A DNA stretch of 41,624 nucleotides from Vicinamibacterales bacterium (GCA_046590915.1 JBKJTD010000412.1:1-41624); one strand, 5' to 3'; counted from the first letter of the stretch, positions 24,143-34,411 are shown. Notes: a model not told the origin generated them from the sequence alone. Numbers and translations are program-made.

Positions 24143-24363
24143 GCGTGAAATGGTAAACCACCTCACCCCCCTCGCGATGTGGTTTGCCACCGCCAGCACC
24201 CTCAGCTACACTGCGCGAGGCCGTGGGGACAGGCAAGTCCGGCCACGCTGATCGGTCCTCAATCTGATGATTCGATGTTATTGATGCCCCGGAAACACCC
24301 GCCACATACGGACGCTCGGCCCACGCCCTTTCAGCACGACGTGACAGGTCAGGAGTGGTCGGC

Positions 24364-27300
24364 ATGAAAGTGGCCGGCGTGCACGCGAATTCGCTTCGCC
24401 GCGCACTCCAGTTCGCGTGCCTGCCCCTTCTGGCCGCGAGCGTTTCTGCCTCCGCGCAGCCCGTCTCGCCTCCTCCGGATCCCGGTGAGCCCGTCGCGCA
24501 GTACACCCACAATGTCTGGCAGCGTGCCGACGGTCTGCCTCAAAACACTGTCATGGCGATCGCCCAGACGCGCGACCGCTACTTGTGGGTCGCGACGCAG
24601 GACGGATTGGTGCGCTTCGACGGGGTTCGCTTCACGGTAATCAACACGACCTCCACGCCCGCGCTGCGCACGAACGACATCCAGGCGCTGTACACGGATC
24701 GGCGCGGACAGCTCTGGGTCGGCACAGCCGGCGGGGGCCTCCTCCAGTGGAACAACGGCCGCTTTGTGGTCTTCGGTGCCGAACACGGCCTTCCGAATCA
24801 GGTTGTCTCCGCGATCTACGAGGACGTCGGCGGCGTGCTGTGGGTCGGAACGGGTGGCGGCCTGAGCCGTCTCGAGGCTGGCCGATTCAAGACGTATACC
24901 GAGAGTGATGGTCTCGCGGATAACGATGTCACTGGCATTACCCAGGATGCCGCCGGGGCGTTGTGGATCAGCACGCAGTCTGGTGTCAGCCGGTTGATCA
25001 ACGGGCGATTTGACACCTATCGGGTCCGCAACGGACTGCCATCTGACGATGTGCGTGCCGTGTATACGGGCCGCGACGGCAGCATCTGGATCAGCACGGC
25101 GGGGGGTCTTTCCCGTTTTCGAGACGGCCGCTTCACGTCGTACACCACCAAGGACGGACTCACGAGCAGTTTCATCCGGAGCGTCTTCGAGGATCGCGCA
25201 GGCACGTTGTGGATCGGCACGGTGGACGGCGGACTCCACCGGATGGTTGAGGGGCGGATCACGCACTTCGACCGCCGGCAGCTCTCAGACACTGACGTAC
25301 GAACGATCTTCGAGGACGAAGAAGGCAGCCTCTGGATTGGGACCAACACTGGTGGGTTGAATCGCCTGGGGGTCTCACAGCTGATCACGTATGGCGTTCC
25401 TGAGGGCCTCTCGCACGATATCGCCCTCGGTGTCGCCGCTGACGCTGACGGGGACCTCTGGGTGGCGACGTATGGCGGCGGTGTGAATCGCCTTCACGAC
25501 GGCCGGTGGTCTGCCTACTCGACCAAACACGGCCTCTCCAGCGGCATCGTGCTGTCGCTCGCGCCGGCACGCGATGGCGGCATGTGGCTCGGCACACGCG
25601 CGGGTGTCGATCGATTTCGAGATGGACGGTTTGAGCACCTTGGGCGCGAGGTCGGCCTGCTCGACGAGCCCGTGCTGGCGCTCCTGGAGGATCGCCGGGG
25701 TGATCTCTGGGTCGGAACGCGAACGGGCATCAAGCGTGTTGCGGCCGGCGCAACGACCACATACACCACGACAGACGGTTTACGCAGTGAGATCATCGTC
25801 GCAATTCTGGAAGCCCGGGATGGGCGCATCTGGGTCGGTACCCAGGGCGGCGGCCTCAGTGTCTTTGAGAATGGACGCTTCCGAACCTACTCACCCGAGG
25901 AGGGGCTGCCGAACAGCGTCGTCTGGACCATCTCCGAAGACACGGATGGAACCCTGTGGCTGGGCACGAATGGAAGCGGACTGGTCCGGTTCCGGAATGG
26001 ACGCTTTTCCGCATACACGACGCGAGAGGGGTTATTCGATGACATCGTCTACCGCGTCATCGAGGACACGGCCGGTCACCTCTGGATGAGTGGAAGCCGC
26101 GGCCTGTTCCGGCTGCTGAAGCGCGACCTTGAGGCGTTCGACGCCGGAACAGCGACCCAGATCCCGATCGTGTCGTACGGCGAGGCCGACGGCATGCGCT
26201 CCAGCGAGGCCAATGGGGGCATTCAGCCCGCAGGGTGGCGGGCGCTCGATGGCCGCCTGTGGTTTCCGTCGATCAAGGGCGTCGTGCTGGTGGATCCCGA
26301 TCGGTTGATCTCGAACCGGCCGCCACAACCGGCGATTGTCGAGGAGGTGCTGGTCGATCGAGACGCCAGAGATCCACGCGTGCAGGTGGTGGGCGCGCCC
26401 GGCGTGCGCAGCCTCGAATTTCGCTACACCTCGCCCAGCTTCCTCCGACCGGCGAATATCCGATTCAGGTATCGCCTCGAAGGCTACGATCCCAATTGGA
26501 TCGAGGCTGACCATCGCCGTGCGGCGTACTATACGAATATCCCTCCGGGCGATTATCGTTTTCTCGTCGGTGTGAGTTATGACGGCGCCGTATGGAACGA
26601 CACGGGGTCGGCTGTCGCGGTGCGCCTGGCGCCACATTTTACTCAGACGCCTGCGTTCTACGTTCTGTGCGTGGGCGGCGTGATGCTGATCGTTGGCGGG
26701 CTGCACGGCGCACGCGTGAGCGGCCTGAAGGCCCGCGAGCAGGACCTCGTGCGATTGGCCGAGGAGCGCCGCCAGATCGTGGAAGCGCTGCGCAAGTCTG
26801 AGGCGAACTTTCGGGCGCTGTTCGACAACGTGCTCGAGGGTGTGTACCAAAGCACGCCGGACGGCCGCATCCTGTTGGCAAACCGCGCGTGTGCGCAGCT
26901 CCTGGGACACGAGTCCGCGGAAGAGATCACCGGCGCCAATATGCGCGATCTCCACGTCAATCCTGATGAGTGGACGCACATGGCGACGGCGCTGGCCGAG
27001 ACCGGCGAGGTGCGGAACCTCGAGGTGCTGCTGCGACGGCCGGATGGTGGCAGTGTCACCGTCCTGGAAAGCGTGCGGGCCGCCCGCGACCAGAGTGGCG
27101 CGATGGTGTCGTTCGAAGGCACGCTGTTCGATATCACGCAGCGGAAGGATTTTGAAGAACAGATCCGCCAGCTTCAAAAAATGGAGATCGTCGGCCGGTT
27201 GGCCGGCGGTGTCGCGCATGATTTCAACAATCTGATCACTCCCATTCTGGGATATTGCGACTTCGCTCTCGAGGCACTCGACGCCGACAGTCCCGTGTGC

Positions 27301-28287
27301 GCAGACATACAGGAGATCCGAAAAGCCGGTGAAAGCGCGGCGTCCCTGACGCGTCAGTTGCTTGCGTTCAGCCGTCAACAGATCCTCGAACCGCGGGTCC
27401 TGGATCTGAACGACGTCGTGCGTCACGTCGCCAACATACTTCAGCGCCTCATCGGCGAGCACATCAGGTTGACACTCCGGCTGGACCCACAGCGCGTCTG
27501 TGTCACGGCCGATCCTGGCCAGATCGAACAGGTGCTGCTGAACCTCGCGGTCAATGCCCGTGACGCGATGCCGTCGGGCGGGGCGCTGACGATCGAAACG
27601 TCCCATGTGACACTCGATGAAGATCGCGCAGCGCGAGTCGGTGTGGTGCCAGGACCGTACGTGATGCTGAAGATCGCCGACACCGGGATGGGGATTCCGA
27701 CGGACGTGCAGGCGCGTCTGTTCGACGCGTTCTTTACCACGAAGCGCCACGGCACCGGGCTGGGGCTGTCGACGGTTCACAGCATTGTGAAAAAGGCGGG
27801 AGGCTACATCCAGGTCGAAAGTGCGCCCGGACAGGGCGCCGCGTTTCTGACGCACCTGCCGATGGCTCGGGACGTGCCGAAGACGCCCGAACTCGCGTCC
27901 GCGGAGCCACCGGCCGGGGACGAGACAGTGCTTCTCGTTGAGGACAACGACGCCTTGCGCGATCTCGCGCGCCGGACCCTCGAGCGCGGCAGGTACCGCG
28001 TGCTCCCCGCGCGGGATGGCGACGAAGCCGAACGCATCGAGGCACAGCACACAGGGGAGATCCATCTGCTCCTGACGGACGTCGTGATGCCGGGGCTGAG
28101 CGGCCCTGCGCTTGCCGAACGCGTTCGCGCGCGCCGGCCCGGCGTGAGAGTGCTCTTCACGACTGGGTACATCGATGACGACACTGCACAGCACGGCCTT
28201 CTGCGGGGCTCGGCGGTGCTCCAGAAGCCGTTTACGCCGAATCTCCTCCTCCAAAAGGTCCGGGACGTGCTTCACCCAGTTGACTGA
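24364..28287 (+). CDS. Hybrid sensor histidine kinase (periplasmic beta-propeller repeats, Y_Y_Y, TM, PAS, HisKA, HATPase, receiver)
   Basis: Repeated ED..G.LWIGT.GGL propeller motifs; AGGVAHDFNN; NARDAM, DTG.G, GTGLGL; LLVEDN...LLLTDVVMP...LQKPF. Confidence 0.95.
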   Translation: MKVAGVHANSLRRALQFACLPLLAASVSASAQPVSPPPDPGEPVAQYTHNVWQRADGLPQNTVMAIAQTRDRYLWVATQDGLVRFDGVRFTVINTTSTPALRTNDIQALYTDRRGQLWVGTAGGGLLQWNNGRFVVFGAEHGLPNQVVSAIYEDVGGVLWVGTGGGLSRLEAGRFKTYTESDGLADNDVTGITQDAAGALWISTQSGVSRLINGRFDTYRVRNGLPSDDVRAVYTGRDGSIWISTAGGLSRFRDGRFTSYTTKDGLTSSFIRSVFEDRAGTLWIGTVDGGLHRMVEGRITHFDRRQLSDTDVRTIFEDEEGSLWIGTNTGGLNRLGVSQLITYGVPEGLSHDIALGVAADADGDLWVATYGGGVNRLHDGRWSAYSTKHGLSSGIVLSLAPARDGGMWLGTRAGVDRFRDGRFEHLGREVGLLDEPVLALLEDRRGDLWVGTRTGIKRVAAGATTTYTTTDGLRSEIIVAILEARDGRIWVGTQGGGLSVFENGRFRTYSPEEGLPNSVVWTISEDTDGTLWLGTNGSGLVRFRNGRFSAYTTREGLFDDIVYRVIEDTAGHLWMSGSRGLFRLLKRDLEAFDAGTATQIPIVSYGEADGMRSSEANGGIQPAGWRALDGRLWFPSIKGVVLVDPDRLISNRPPQPAIVEEVLVDRDARDPRVQVVGAPGVRSLEFRYTSPSFLRPANIRFRYRLEGYDPNWIEADHRRAAYYTNIPPGDYRFLVGVSYDGAVWNDTGSAVAVRLAPHFTQTPAFYVLCVGGVMLIVGGLHGARVSGLKAREQDLVRLAEERRQIVEALRKSEANFRALFDNVLEGVYQSTPDGRILLANRACAQLLGHESAEEITGANMRDLHVNPDEWTHMATALAETGEVRNLEVLLRRPDGGSVTVLESVRAARDQSGAMVSFEGTLFDITQRKDFEEQIRQLQKMEIVGRLAGGVAHDFNNLITPILGYCDFALEALDADSPVCADIQEIRKAGESAASLTRQLLAFSRQQILEPRVLDLNDVVRHVANILQRLIGEHIRLTLRLDPQRVCVTADPGQIEQVLLNLAVNARDAMPSGGALTIETSHVTLDEDRAARVGVVPGPYVMLKIADTGMGIPTDVQARLFDAFFTTKRHGTGLGLSTVHSIVKKAGGYIQVESAPGQGAAFLTHLPMARDVPKTPELASAEPPAGDETVLLVEDNDALRDLARRTLERGRYRVLPARDGDEAERIEAQHTGEIHLLLTDVVMPGLSGPALAERVRARRPGVRVLFTTGYIDDDTAQHGLLRGSAVLQKPFTPNLLLQKVRDVLHPVD

Positions 28288-28310
28288 ACATGGCCACGGC
28301 TGTCGCGAAT

Positions 28311-28430
28311 CTATACCTCGTTGGTGGTCGACTGCCGCGCGCCTTCTCGCACGAGGAGTTTGGCGCGAAACGCACTCCCAAGGCCGGCCTGTCGAAGCAT
28401 CGGCAGGTCACTGGCGCTCGCAACGTCAGC
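28311..28430 (-). pseudogene. Probable C-terminal remnant of phosphoserine phosphatase SerB
   Basis: ASDLPMLRQAGLGSAFRAKLLVREGARQS resembles the SerB motif GANDLPML..AGLGIAFRAKP.V...A.QS; no start and no N-terminal portion. Confidence 0.6.
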
Positions 28431-28449
28431 GACGCGCTGATCGCGGACA

Positions 28450-28668
28450 TCAGCCGGGTGCTGTTCCGGGGTGGTGAAACGCATCGGCATAGGTCTGCGG
28501 CGTGCCTGCGCCGGTCGCGACGCAGACCGCCACGGCAAGGTCAATCACGATCTGCGTCGCCTGCCAGAGATGCAGGATGACCGCATCCGAGGCATCGGAG
28601 GCGGCGACGCACTCATCGACGTGTCCGGGCGGCCGCTCCGCCAATACTGCTCGGTCGACCGGACTCAT
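28450..28668 (-). pseudogene. Truncated HEPN/DUF86 (HepT-like) toxin
   Basis: ATGA-coupled to the MNT gene. SDAVILHLWQATQIVIDLA...GTP.TYADAF is present, but the ORF stops at 72 aa before the RX4-6H motif. Confidence 0.75.
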
Positions 28669-29048
28669 TGCGGGAGGGCGTCCAACACCCTCGCGTACGC
28701 CGGTTGAAGCACCGGGACGAGGTCGCACCACACGCGCGCAGCCTCGATTTGAAATGTCTGGAATGTACCCGGTGCCTCTTCGTAAAGGGCTCGCCCGTGC
28801 GTGGCCACCCGATGTCGGAGCAGCGCCCCCGCGTGGTCCAGATCCGCCAGGTCCACTCGGTCTGCTCCGAGACTCTCGACCAGCACGGCCAGCAGGCCGT
28901 CGACGTCGAACCCGCGTGTCGCCATATAGGCGAAATCCCAATCGGACCGCGCATGCGTGTCGCCTCTCGCGCGCGAGCCATGGAGCACGAGGAGCCGGAG
29001 TCCAGGCTGCTGCGCAATCCTGGCAACCACGGCGGGCGACACGGGCAT
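28665..29048 (-). CDS. Minimal nucleotidyltransferase (MNT/MntA-like antitoxin)
   Basis: HGSRARG....SDWD (GSx10DxD), VDLADL..A..LLR..VA..G. Confidence 0.9.
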   Translation of the reverse strand: MPVSPAVVARIAQQPGLRLLVLHGSRARGDTHARSDWDFAYMATRGFDVDGLLAVLVESLGADRVDLADLDHAGALLRHRVATHGRALYEEAPGTFQTFQIEAARVWCDLVPVLQPAYARVLDALPQ

Positions 29049-29085
29049 GGCTGCATCGTATCGCAATCGGAGACGGCGGACTGAC

Positions 29086-29490
29086 TCACGCCCGACGGGC
29101 GTGCTGCCTGATCCAGTCCGTCAACGTGGACCCGGAGTGGGACCCGGATGCCAGGGCAATGATCGCGGTGACCACGTCGGCGTCGGTGGCGTCGAGCTCG
29201 TAGCCGTTGACGTCGATAAACGTCGCCATGGCGAGGAAACCAATCCGCTTGTTGCCATCGCGATACGGGTGGTTCTTCACGAGGCCAAACGCGTACGCGG
29301 CCGCGAGGGACGGCAGATCCGCCTCCGGGTCGTAGTGCCACTTCTGCTTCGGGCGGGCGAGGGCCGACTCAAGGACGTTCTCGTCGCGCACGCCTGGGAG
29401 CCCACCGTGTTCCCGGAGCTGGTCGTGGTGAATGGCGTCCACGACGATACGACTGAGCCACCTCGGCTCTTGCTGTGAATCAGCGGCCAC
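29086..29490 (-). CDS. doc: Doc (death-on-curing) family Fic-domain toxin
   Basis: GG.PGVRD...LESALARP, HPYRDGNKR. Confidence 0.93.
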   Translation of the reverse strand: MAADSQQEPRWLSRIVVDAIHHDQLREHGGLPGVRDENVLESALARPKQKWHYDPEADLPSLAAAYAFGLVKNHPYRDGNKRIGFLAMATFIDVNGYELDATDADVVTAIIALASGSHSGSTLTDWIRQHARRA

Positions 29491-29717
29491 TACTTCGCCA
29501 GTTCGCGGAGGGCTCCACGGAATTTCTTGGCGACCTTCGCGGCAGCCTCGAGTGCAGCCTCGGCGTCGGGATCAAACGGCGTCAGCAGGATCCCCTGGTC
29601 GGTCTCCACGGCGAGCACACGATCACCAGCCGCAAATCGCAGCCGAGCGGCCATGTCCTTGGGCAGCGTGGCACTCACAGACCCGCCTGCCTGCCTCAAC
29701 GTGAGTTCCTTGGTCAT
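29490..29717 (-). CDS. AbrB/MazE-family antitoxin partnering Doc
   Basis: LRQAGGSV..TLPK...GD.....T..GILLTP.DP, C-terminal ALRELAK; 1-nt overlap with doc. Confidence 0.9.
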   Translation of the reverse strand: MTKELTLRQAGGSVSATLPKDMAARLRFAAGDRVLAVETDQGILLTPFDPDAEAALEAAAKVAKKFRGALRELAK

Positions 29718-29726
29718 GACCGGAAA

Positions 29727-29744
29727 GTAGCACATTTATGCTAC
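29727..29744. promoter_or_regulatory. Inverted-repeat operator overlapping the -10 box of the abrB-doc operon
   Basis: GTAGCA-CATTTA-TGCTAC overlapping minus-strand TACTTT located 6 nt before the ATG. Confidence 0.6.
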
Positions 29745-29778
29745 AGGACACCTACGTCTGCCGAGATCGAGGTCTGCC

Positions 29779-30453
29779 TTGCTGTATACTGACTGTATTC
29801 TGCCTGATACCTCTCAAGTTGATCGTGCCTACGCCCGCATAAAGGCCGCCATCATTGACGGGCGCTGCCCGCCAGGTGCGCCGCTCTCGGAACCGGTGCT
29901 GGCCGGAAGCCACGGCATGTCGCGCACTCCAATCCGCGAAGGCCTGTCGCGCCTCTGGCAAGAGGGGTATCTCGATCGCATCCAGGGCCGTGGCTATTTC
30001 GTCGCCCGCGTGACCGTGCAGACCGTCCACGACAACTTCGACGTGCGCCGCCTGCTCGAAGGCGCCGCCGCGGCCCGCGCCGCCGAACTGGCGACGCTGG
30101 ACGACATCGGACTGTTACGCGAGTTGGCCGAACTGCCCTCGATGGACTACCGGGCGGTGGAAAAGGCCAATGCCCGATTCCACCTCGCAATCGCCCGGGT
30201 CGCCCGCAACACGCTGGCCACCGAGCTCATCGAGCGCTGCCTCGGGCAAATCGATCGTTTTATCTCACTGGGCGCGAGCCCCGGACAGTTCCAGGCGGGC
30301 GCCACCGAGGCGCACCGGGAGATTGTCGACGCCATCGCCCGTCATGACCCGGCGGCCGCCAAGGCATTGATGGAGGACCACCTCGACTGCGGCAGCGGTC
30401 GCATGAAAGAGGCGTTGCTCCGCGGTGAGATGCTCGGCGTCGGCGTGAAGTAG
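29779..30453 (+). CDS. GntR-family (FadR/FCD) transcriptional regulator; start uncertain
   Basis: PG..LSE..LA...GMSRTPIREGL..L..EG; FCD motifs N..FH..I and H.EI..AI. Confidence 0.9.
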   Translation: MLYTDCILPDTSQVDRAYARIKAAIIDGRCPPGAPLSEPVLAGSHGMSRTPIREGLSRLWQEGYLDRIQGRGYFVARVTVQTVHDNFDVRRLLEGAAAARAAELATLDDIGLLRELAELPSMDYRAVEKANARFHLAIARVARNTLATELIERCLGQIDRFISLGASPGQFQAGATEAHREIVDAIARHDPAAAKALMEDHLDCGSGRMKEALLRGEMLGVGVK

Positions 30454-30499
30454 CGGGTCAGTCTCGGTTGTTGTTCGGTTGTACTCCTGGAGGATATAG

Positions 30500-33448
30500 A
30501 TGAGATCACGAATGTGGAATTGGCTGGCGGTATTGTTGCTGACGGCAACGGTGGCGGCGGCCCAGCAAGGCACCTCTGAACTGCGCGGCCGGGTCGTCGA
30601 TGACCAGGGCGCGGTCCTCCCCGGCGTGACCATCACAGTCACCAACCAGGCGACCGGCATGTTCCGCGAAACCGTTTCCAGTGACGACGGCTCGTTCATT
30701 GCCAGCGGCCTCGTCCCGGGCACCTATCGCGCCACCGCGGAGTTACAGGGCTTCAAGAAGTTCGACCGCCAGGGCCTGCGGCTCGAGGTCGGCAAGACCA
30801 CCAGCATCGACGTCAACTTGTCGGTGGGCGGACTCGAAGAGACCGTCAATGTGACCGCCGTCTCGCCGATCGTCGACCTCACATCGAAGGAACTGGGCGG
30901 CAACATCACCAGCGACACGCTGGTGAAGCTACCCAGCGTGAACGGCAACATCATCGGCTTTGTCGGGCTGCTGCCCGGCATCGTCCCCTCGGTATCAACC
31001 GAGTCATTCGGTAGCGACTCACTTTCGACCAACGGCCAGGATCCCCGCAACAACAACTTCATGCTCGACGGTGGCAACAATAACGACGACGTGATCGGGC
31101 AGCGGGCGGGCTCGCAGGCGCGCACGCCGATCGAGGCAATCCAGGAGTTCCAGGTGATCACCGGCCAGTACGACGCGCAGCACGGCCGCACGTCGGGCGC
31201 CGTCATCAACGCGGTGACCAAGGCCGGCACCAACAACTTCCGCGGGGTGGCGTTTGGGTTTGTTCAGAACACCGCCCTGACGACCAACCACTTCTTCGCC
31301 AGGCGGAACAACCTGCCGAAGCCGGAAACCAAGTACCAGCGCTGGGGTGGCACTTACGGCGGCCCGATCGTGAAGAACAAGATCCACTTCTTCGGCAGCG
31401 TCGAGCGCTTCGCGATCGACCGGCCCAACGCTATCAACATTCCGGCCCGCCCCGACCTCAACGGCACGCAGCTGACCCGCGACCGGGTGTGGAACACCAT
31501 CATCCGCGGCGATCACCAGGTCAGCAACACGGCCACCTACAGCGTGCGCTGGCTCCGCGAGGCATCACCCCAGGTCAACCAGATCATCGGCGCGGTCACG
31601 CCGGCGGCGGGGCGTGAGGAATCGGACGTCGACCAGACGTTGTCGGGGAACCTCAACATGGTGCTGTCCAACACCAAGGTCAACACCTTCCGCCTGACCT
31701 GGACCCGTGAGAACGTGAGCTTCGCCAACAACTGCTTCAACACCAACGGCCGCGACATGACCAAGTGCCCGGTCACGCTGCAGTTCCAGGACTATACCGA
31801 TCAGCAGAACAGCGTCGCGCAGGCGCGCATCAACGACGGCATTCAGGTGGAGAACACGCTGGCGTGGTTTATCCCCGGCAAGGGTGGCGACCACGACCTG
31901 AAGATCGGTGCGCAGTACGCCTACTCCGTCGCTTACAACACCAACCAGGGCAATCTCAACGGTACCTTCCAGTTCCAGCGCAGCAACGTCGCCTTCAATC
32001 CGGCCGTGCCGTCGACCTATCCCGATCGGCTGACGGTGCGCGTTGGCGGCCCCAACGTGTTCTACCAGAGGGCGCACTACGTGTCAGGCTTCGTCCAGGA
32101 CAAGTGGCGGCTCGGTAACGGCGTGACCCTGAACCTTGGCGCCCGCTACGACCTCGAGCTGATTCCGTTCCCGGACGAAGACGACGATCCGCTGGTCGAC
32201 GAGCACCCGGTGGACAAGAACAACATTGCGCCACGGCTCGGGTTCACGTACGACATCGGCGGCAAAAGCGTGGTCCGCATTGGCGTTGGCCGTTTCTATG
32301 ACAAGACCCACTTCGAGGTGATTGGCGGCCTCTACACCGGCACCCCCTTCACCAGCTCGTTCCTCGTCAGCTTTCCGTCCGCGGCCGCCGACAACGGCCC
32401 GCGCAACGGCCGGTTGCCGACCGATCCGTTCCTGGTGAACGGACCGGTCCTCAACCGATCGCTGCTCGACCAGCTGTACCCGGGCGGCCAGCGGTTGCGC
32501 AACACCGGCGCCAACTGGGACAACCCCGACCGCCGAACCCCATACACCGACGAAGTCAGCATCGGCTATGAACGGCAGTTGCGGGCGGATATCAGCGTCA
32601 GTGCCGATTACATCTACTCGCGCGGGCGCGACCTGCTGATGCAGCGCAATCTCAACCCGCAGGTGCGCTCGAACGCAACGGTCGCGGCCTCGCAGCTGAC
32701 CCGCGTCCCCAGCGCCGACCTGACGGCCGCGGTGGCTGAGTTGGCCCGCAAGTATCCGGGCTTCGCACCGTTCATCGCCAATGTCCTGCAGCCCGTCAAC
32801 GTCGGCGAGCTTAACTACAACGCGCTGATGCTGCAGCTGAAGAAGCGCTTCAGTAACAACTACAGCGCGCAGATCTCGTACACGCTGGCCAAGTCGGACG
32901 GCAACACCTCCGGCAACGGCGCGCCGGCCAGCAACTTCCAACTGCGTAACGACCTGCGGCTCGACTTGAACGAGGGTCCCACCGACTTCGACAACCGTCA
33001 CAACCTGACCGTCAGCGGCACCGCGCTGATCCCACGGACCGGCGGCCTCAACATCAGCTGGGTGGCGCGGGCGCTGAGCGGACGGCCGTTCTCGCTGATC
33101 AACGCCAACGTCGATCCCGACCTCAATGGCATACAGGCCGAACCCCTGCCCGCGGGTGACTATCAAGGCAGCGGCAATAACGCCTACACGGTAAGCAACT
33201 ACAAGTCCCAGCGTAACGGGGCATATGGCCCAGGCTTCTTCGGCCTGGATATGCGCGTCGGCTACGGCTTCCGTGTCGGCGGCCAGCGCAAGCTGGAAGT
33301 CTCGGCGGACTTGTTCAACCTGACCAACCGCACCAACTTCGACAACCCGACTGGCAACCAGGCCTCGGCGCAGTTCCTGTTGCTGACGGCGTACAGCACC
33401 AGCTACTCGCCGCGCAAAGCGCAGATCGGCGTGCGGGTCGAGTTCTAA
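30500..33448 (+). CDS. TonB-dependent receptor with N-terminal carboxypeptidase-regulatory-like domain
   Basis: GGAGG RBS, signal peptide, G.V.D..GAVLPG, plug EAIQEFQV.T..Y.A..GR.SG.VIN..TK.GTN, QDKW...LNLGARYD, C-terminal F. Confidence 0.95.
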   Translation: MRSRMWNWLAVLLLTATVAAAQQGTSELRGRVVDDQGAVLPGVTITVTNQATGMFRETVSSDDGSFIASGLVPGTYRATAELQGFKKFDRQGLRLEVGKTTSIDVNLSVGGLEETVNVTAVSPIVDLTSKELGGNITSDTLVKLPSVNGNIIGFVGLLPGIVPSVSTESFGSDSLSTNGQDPRNNNFMLDGGNNNDDVIGQRAGSQARTPIEAIQEFQVITGQYDAQHGRTSGAVINAVTKAGTNNFRGVAFGFVQNTALTTNHFFARRNNLPKPETKYQRWGGTYGGPIVKNKIHFFGSVERFAIDRPNAINIPARPDLNGTQLTRDRVWNTIIRGDHQVSNTATYSVRWLREASPQVNQIIGAVTPAAGREESDVDQTLSGNLNMVLSNTKVNTFRLTWTRENVSFANNCFNTNGRDMTKCPVTLQFQDYTDQQNSVAQARINDGIQVENTLAWFIPGKGGDHDLKIGAQYAYSVAYNTNQGNLNGTFQFQRSNVAFNPAVPSTYPDRLTVRVGGPNVFYQRAHYVSGFVQDKWRLGNGVTLNLGARYDLELIPFPDEDDDPLVDEHPVDKNNIAPRLGFTYDIGGKSVVRIGVGRFYDKTHFEVIGGLYTGTPFTSSFLVSFPSAAADNGPRNGRLPTDPFLVNGPVLNRSLLDQLYPGGQRLRNTGANWDNPDRRTPYTDEVSIGYERQLRADISVSADYIYSRGRDLLMQRNLNPQVRSNATVAASQLTRVPSADLTAAVAELARKYPGFAPFIANVLQPVNVGELNYNALMLQLKKRFSNNYSAQISYTLAKSDGNTSGNGAPASNFQLRNDLRLDLNEGPTDFDNRHNLTVSGTALIPRTGGLNISWVARALSGRPFSLINANVDPDLNGIQAEPLPAGDYQGSGNNAYTVSNYKSQRNGAYGPGFFGLDMRVGYGFRVGGQRKLEVSADLFNLTNRTNFDNPTGNQASAQFLLLTAYSTSYSPRKAQIGVRVEF

Positions 33449-33487
33449 CCTCAGCCGCGGGCCAGCGGCCGCGGTATCGTCGTCGGC

Positions 33488-33525
33488 GCGCAGGGCGGGT
33501 CTTGGCTCCCGCCCTGCGCCTTTTT
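33488..33525 (+). terminator. Rho-independent terminator after the TonB receptor
   Basis: 12-bp perfect stem GCGCAGGGCGGG / CCCGCCCTGCGC followed by CTTTTT. Confidence 0.88.
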
Positions 33526-33565
33526 CAGCGGGGCGGCACGTTCGAGAAGCTCGCTATTCTCGCGC

Positions 33566-34411
33566 TCAGTTCCCGCCGTACGCATACGCGCCGAAGACCT
33601 TGAGCTCGACCGTCACGTCCCCCAATCTTGCGAGTGCCTCGCGCAGGTCGAGCCCTGCCGGAGCCGTGACCTCGACGATGAATCGGTATTCGAACGGCTG
33701 TCCGTGAACCGGCTGGCTCTCGATGCGCGTGAGGTTTAGGCCGGCCCTGGCGAGCGGATCCAGCGCGGTCTGCAGGGCTCCCGGTACATGCGGCAGGCCA
33801 AACGTAAGCAGCGCCTTGAGCCCGCCCACGGTATCGATCTCCTCGCCCTCAGGCGCAACAAGCAGGAACCGCGTCCAGTTCTCCGCGTGATCCTGAAACT
33901 GCTCGGCGACGATCACGGCTCCGTACAGACCGGCGCTACGCCGCGACGCCAGCGCGGCACTTCGACCGTCCGCGCCGCGCACGACCATCTCCACGGCGCC
34001 TGCGGTGTCGAAGACCGCGACGGGTTCGATACGGGGGTGCGCCGCGAAGAACCGCCGGCACTGCGCGAGGGCCACAGGATGCGACAGCACACGGGTGATC
34101 TCGTCGAGCCGCAGGCCTGGAGGCGCCGCCAGCACGTGGTCGATACGGACCCGGGTCTCGGCGATCGCCCGCAGGTCGTGCGAGAAGAGCAGCTCGTACG
34201 CGTTTGGCACGGCGCCAGTGAGGCAGTTCTCGACGGGGATGACGGCATGTCGCGCGTCGCCGGTTGCGACGGCTGTGAAGGTCGCGTCGAGGGTGGGGCG
34301 CGGCAGCAGCGCGGCGCCGGCGCCAAGCAGGGCCCGCGCCGCTTCCTCGCTGTACGCGCCAGGCACTCCCTGGTACGCGGCGTCGGCTGTGTGCTCACAC
34401 ACGAACACCAA
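33566..34411 (-). CDS. pheA: Prephenate dehydratase with ACT domain
   Basis: YQG.PGAYSE, PVEN, SHP.ALAQC, DTAGA, N.TRF, LNLTRIES.P; start approximate. Confidence 0.92.
   Translation of the reverse strand: MVFVCEHTADAAYQGVPGAYSEEAARALLGAGAALLPRPTLDATFTAVATGDARHAVIPVENCLTGAVPNAYELLFSHDLRAIAETRVRIDHVLAAPPGLRLDEITRVLSHPVALAQCRRFFAAHPRIEPVAVFDTAGAVEMVVRGADGRSAALASRRSAGLYGAVIVAEQFQDHAENWTRFLLVAPEGEEIDTVGGLKALLTFGLPHVPGALQTALDPLARAGLNLTRIESQPVHGQPFEYRFIVEVTAPAGLDLREALARLGDVTVELKVFGAYAYGGN

Noticed and set aside
24151-24189. Imperfect hairpin TGGTAAACCAC...GTGGTTTGCCA upstream of DUF1428
   Set aside because: Single copy, long loop, no T-tract; may be an operator but there is no support for a specific element.
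24500-26300. Periodic repeats in the hybrid kinase gene
   Set aside because: Protein-level beta-propeller repeats, not a DNA repeat array or CRISPR.
26032-28275. 747-aa minus-strand ORF
   Set aside because: Antisense shadow of the hybrid histidine kinase.
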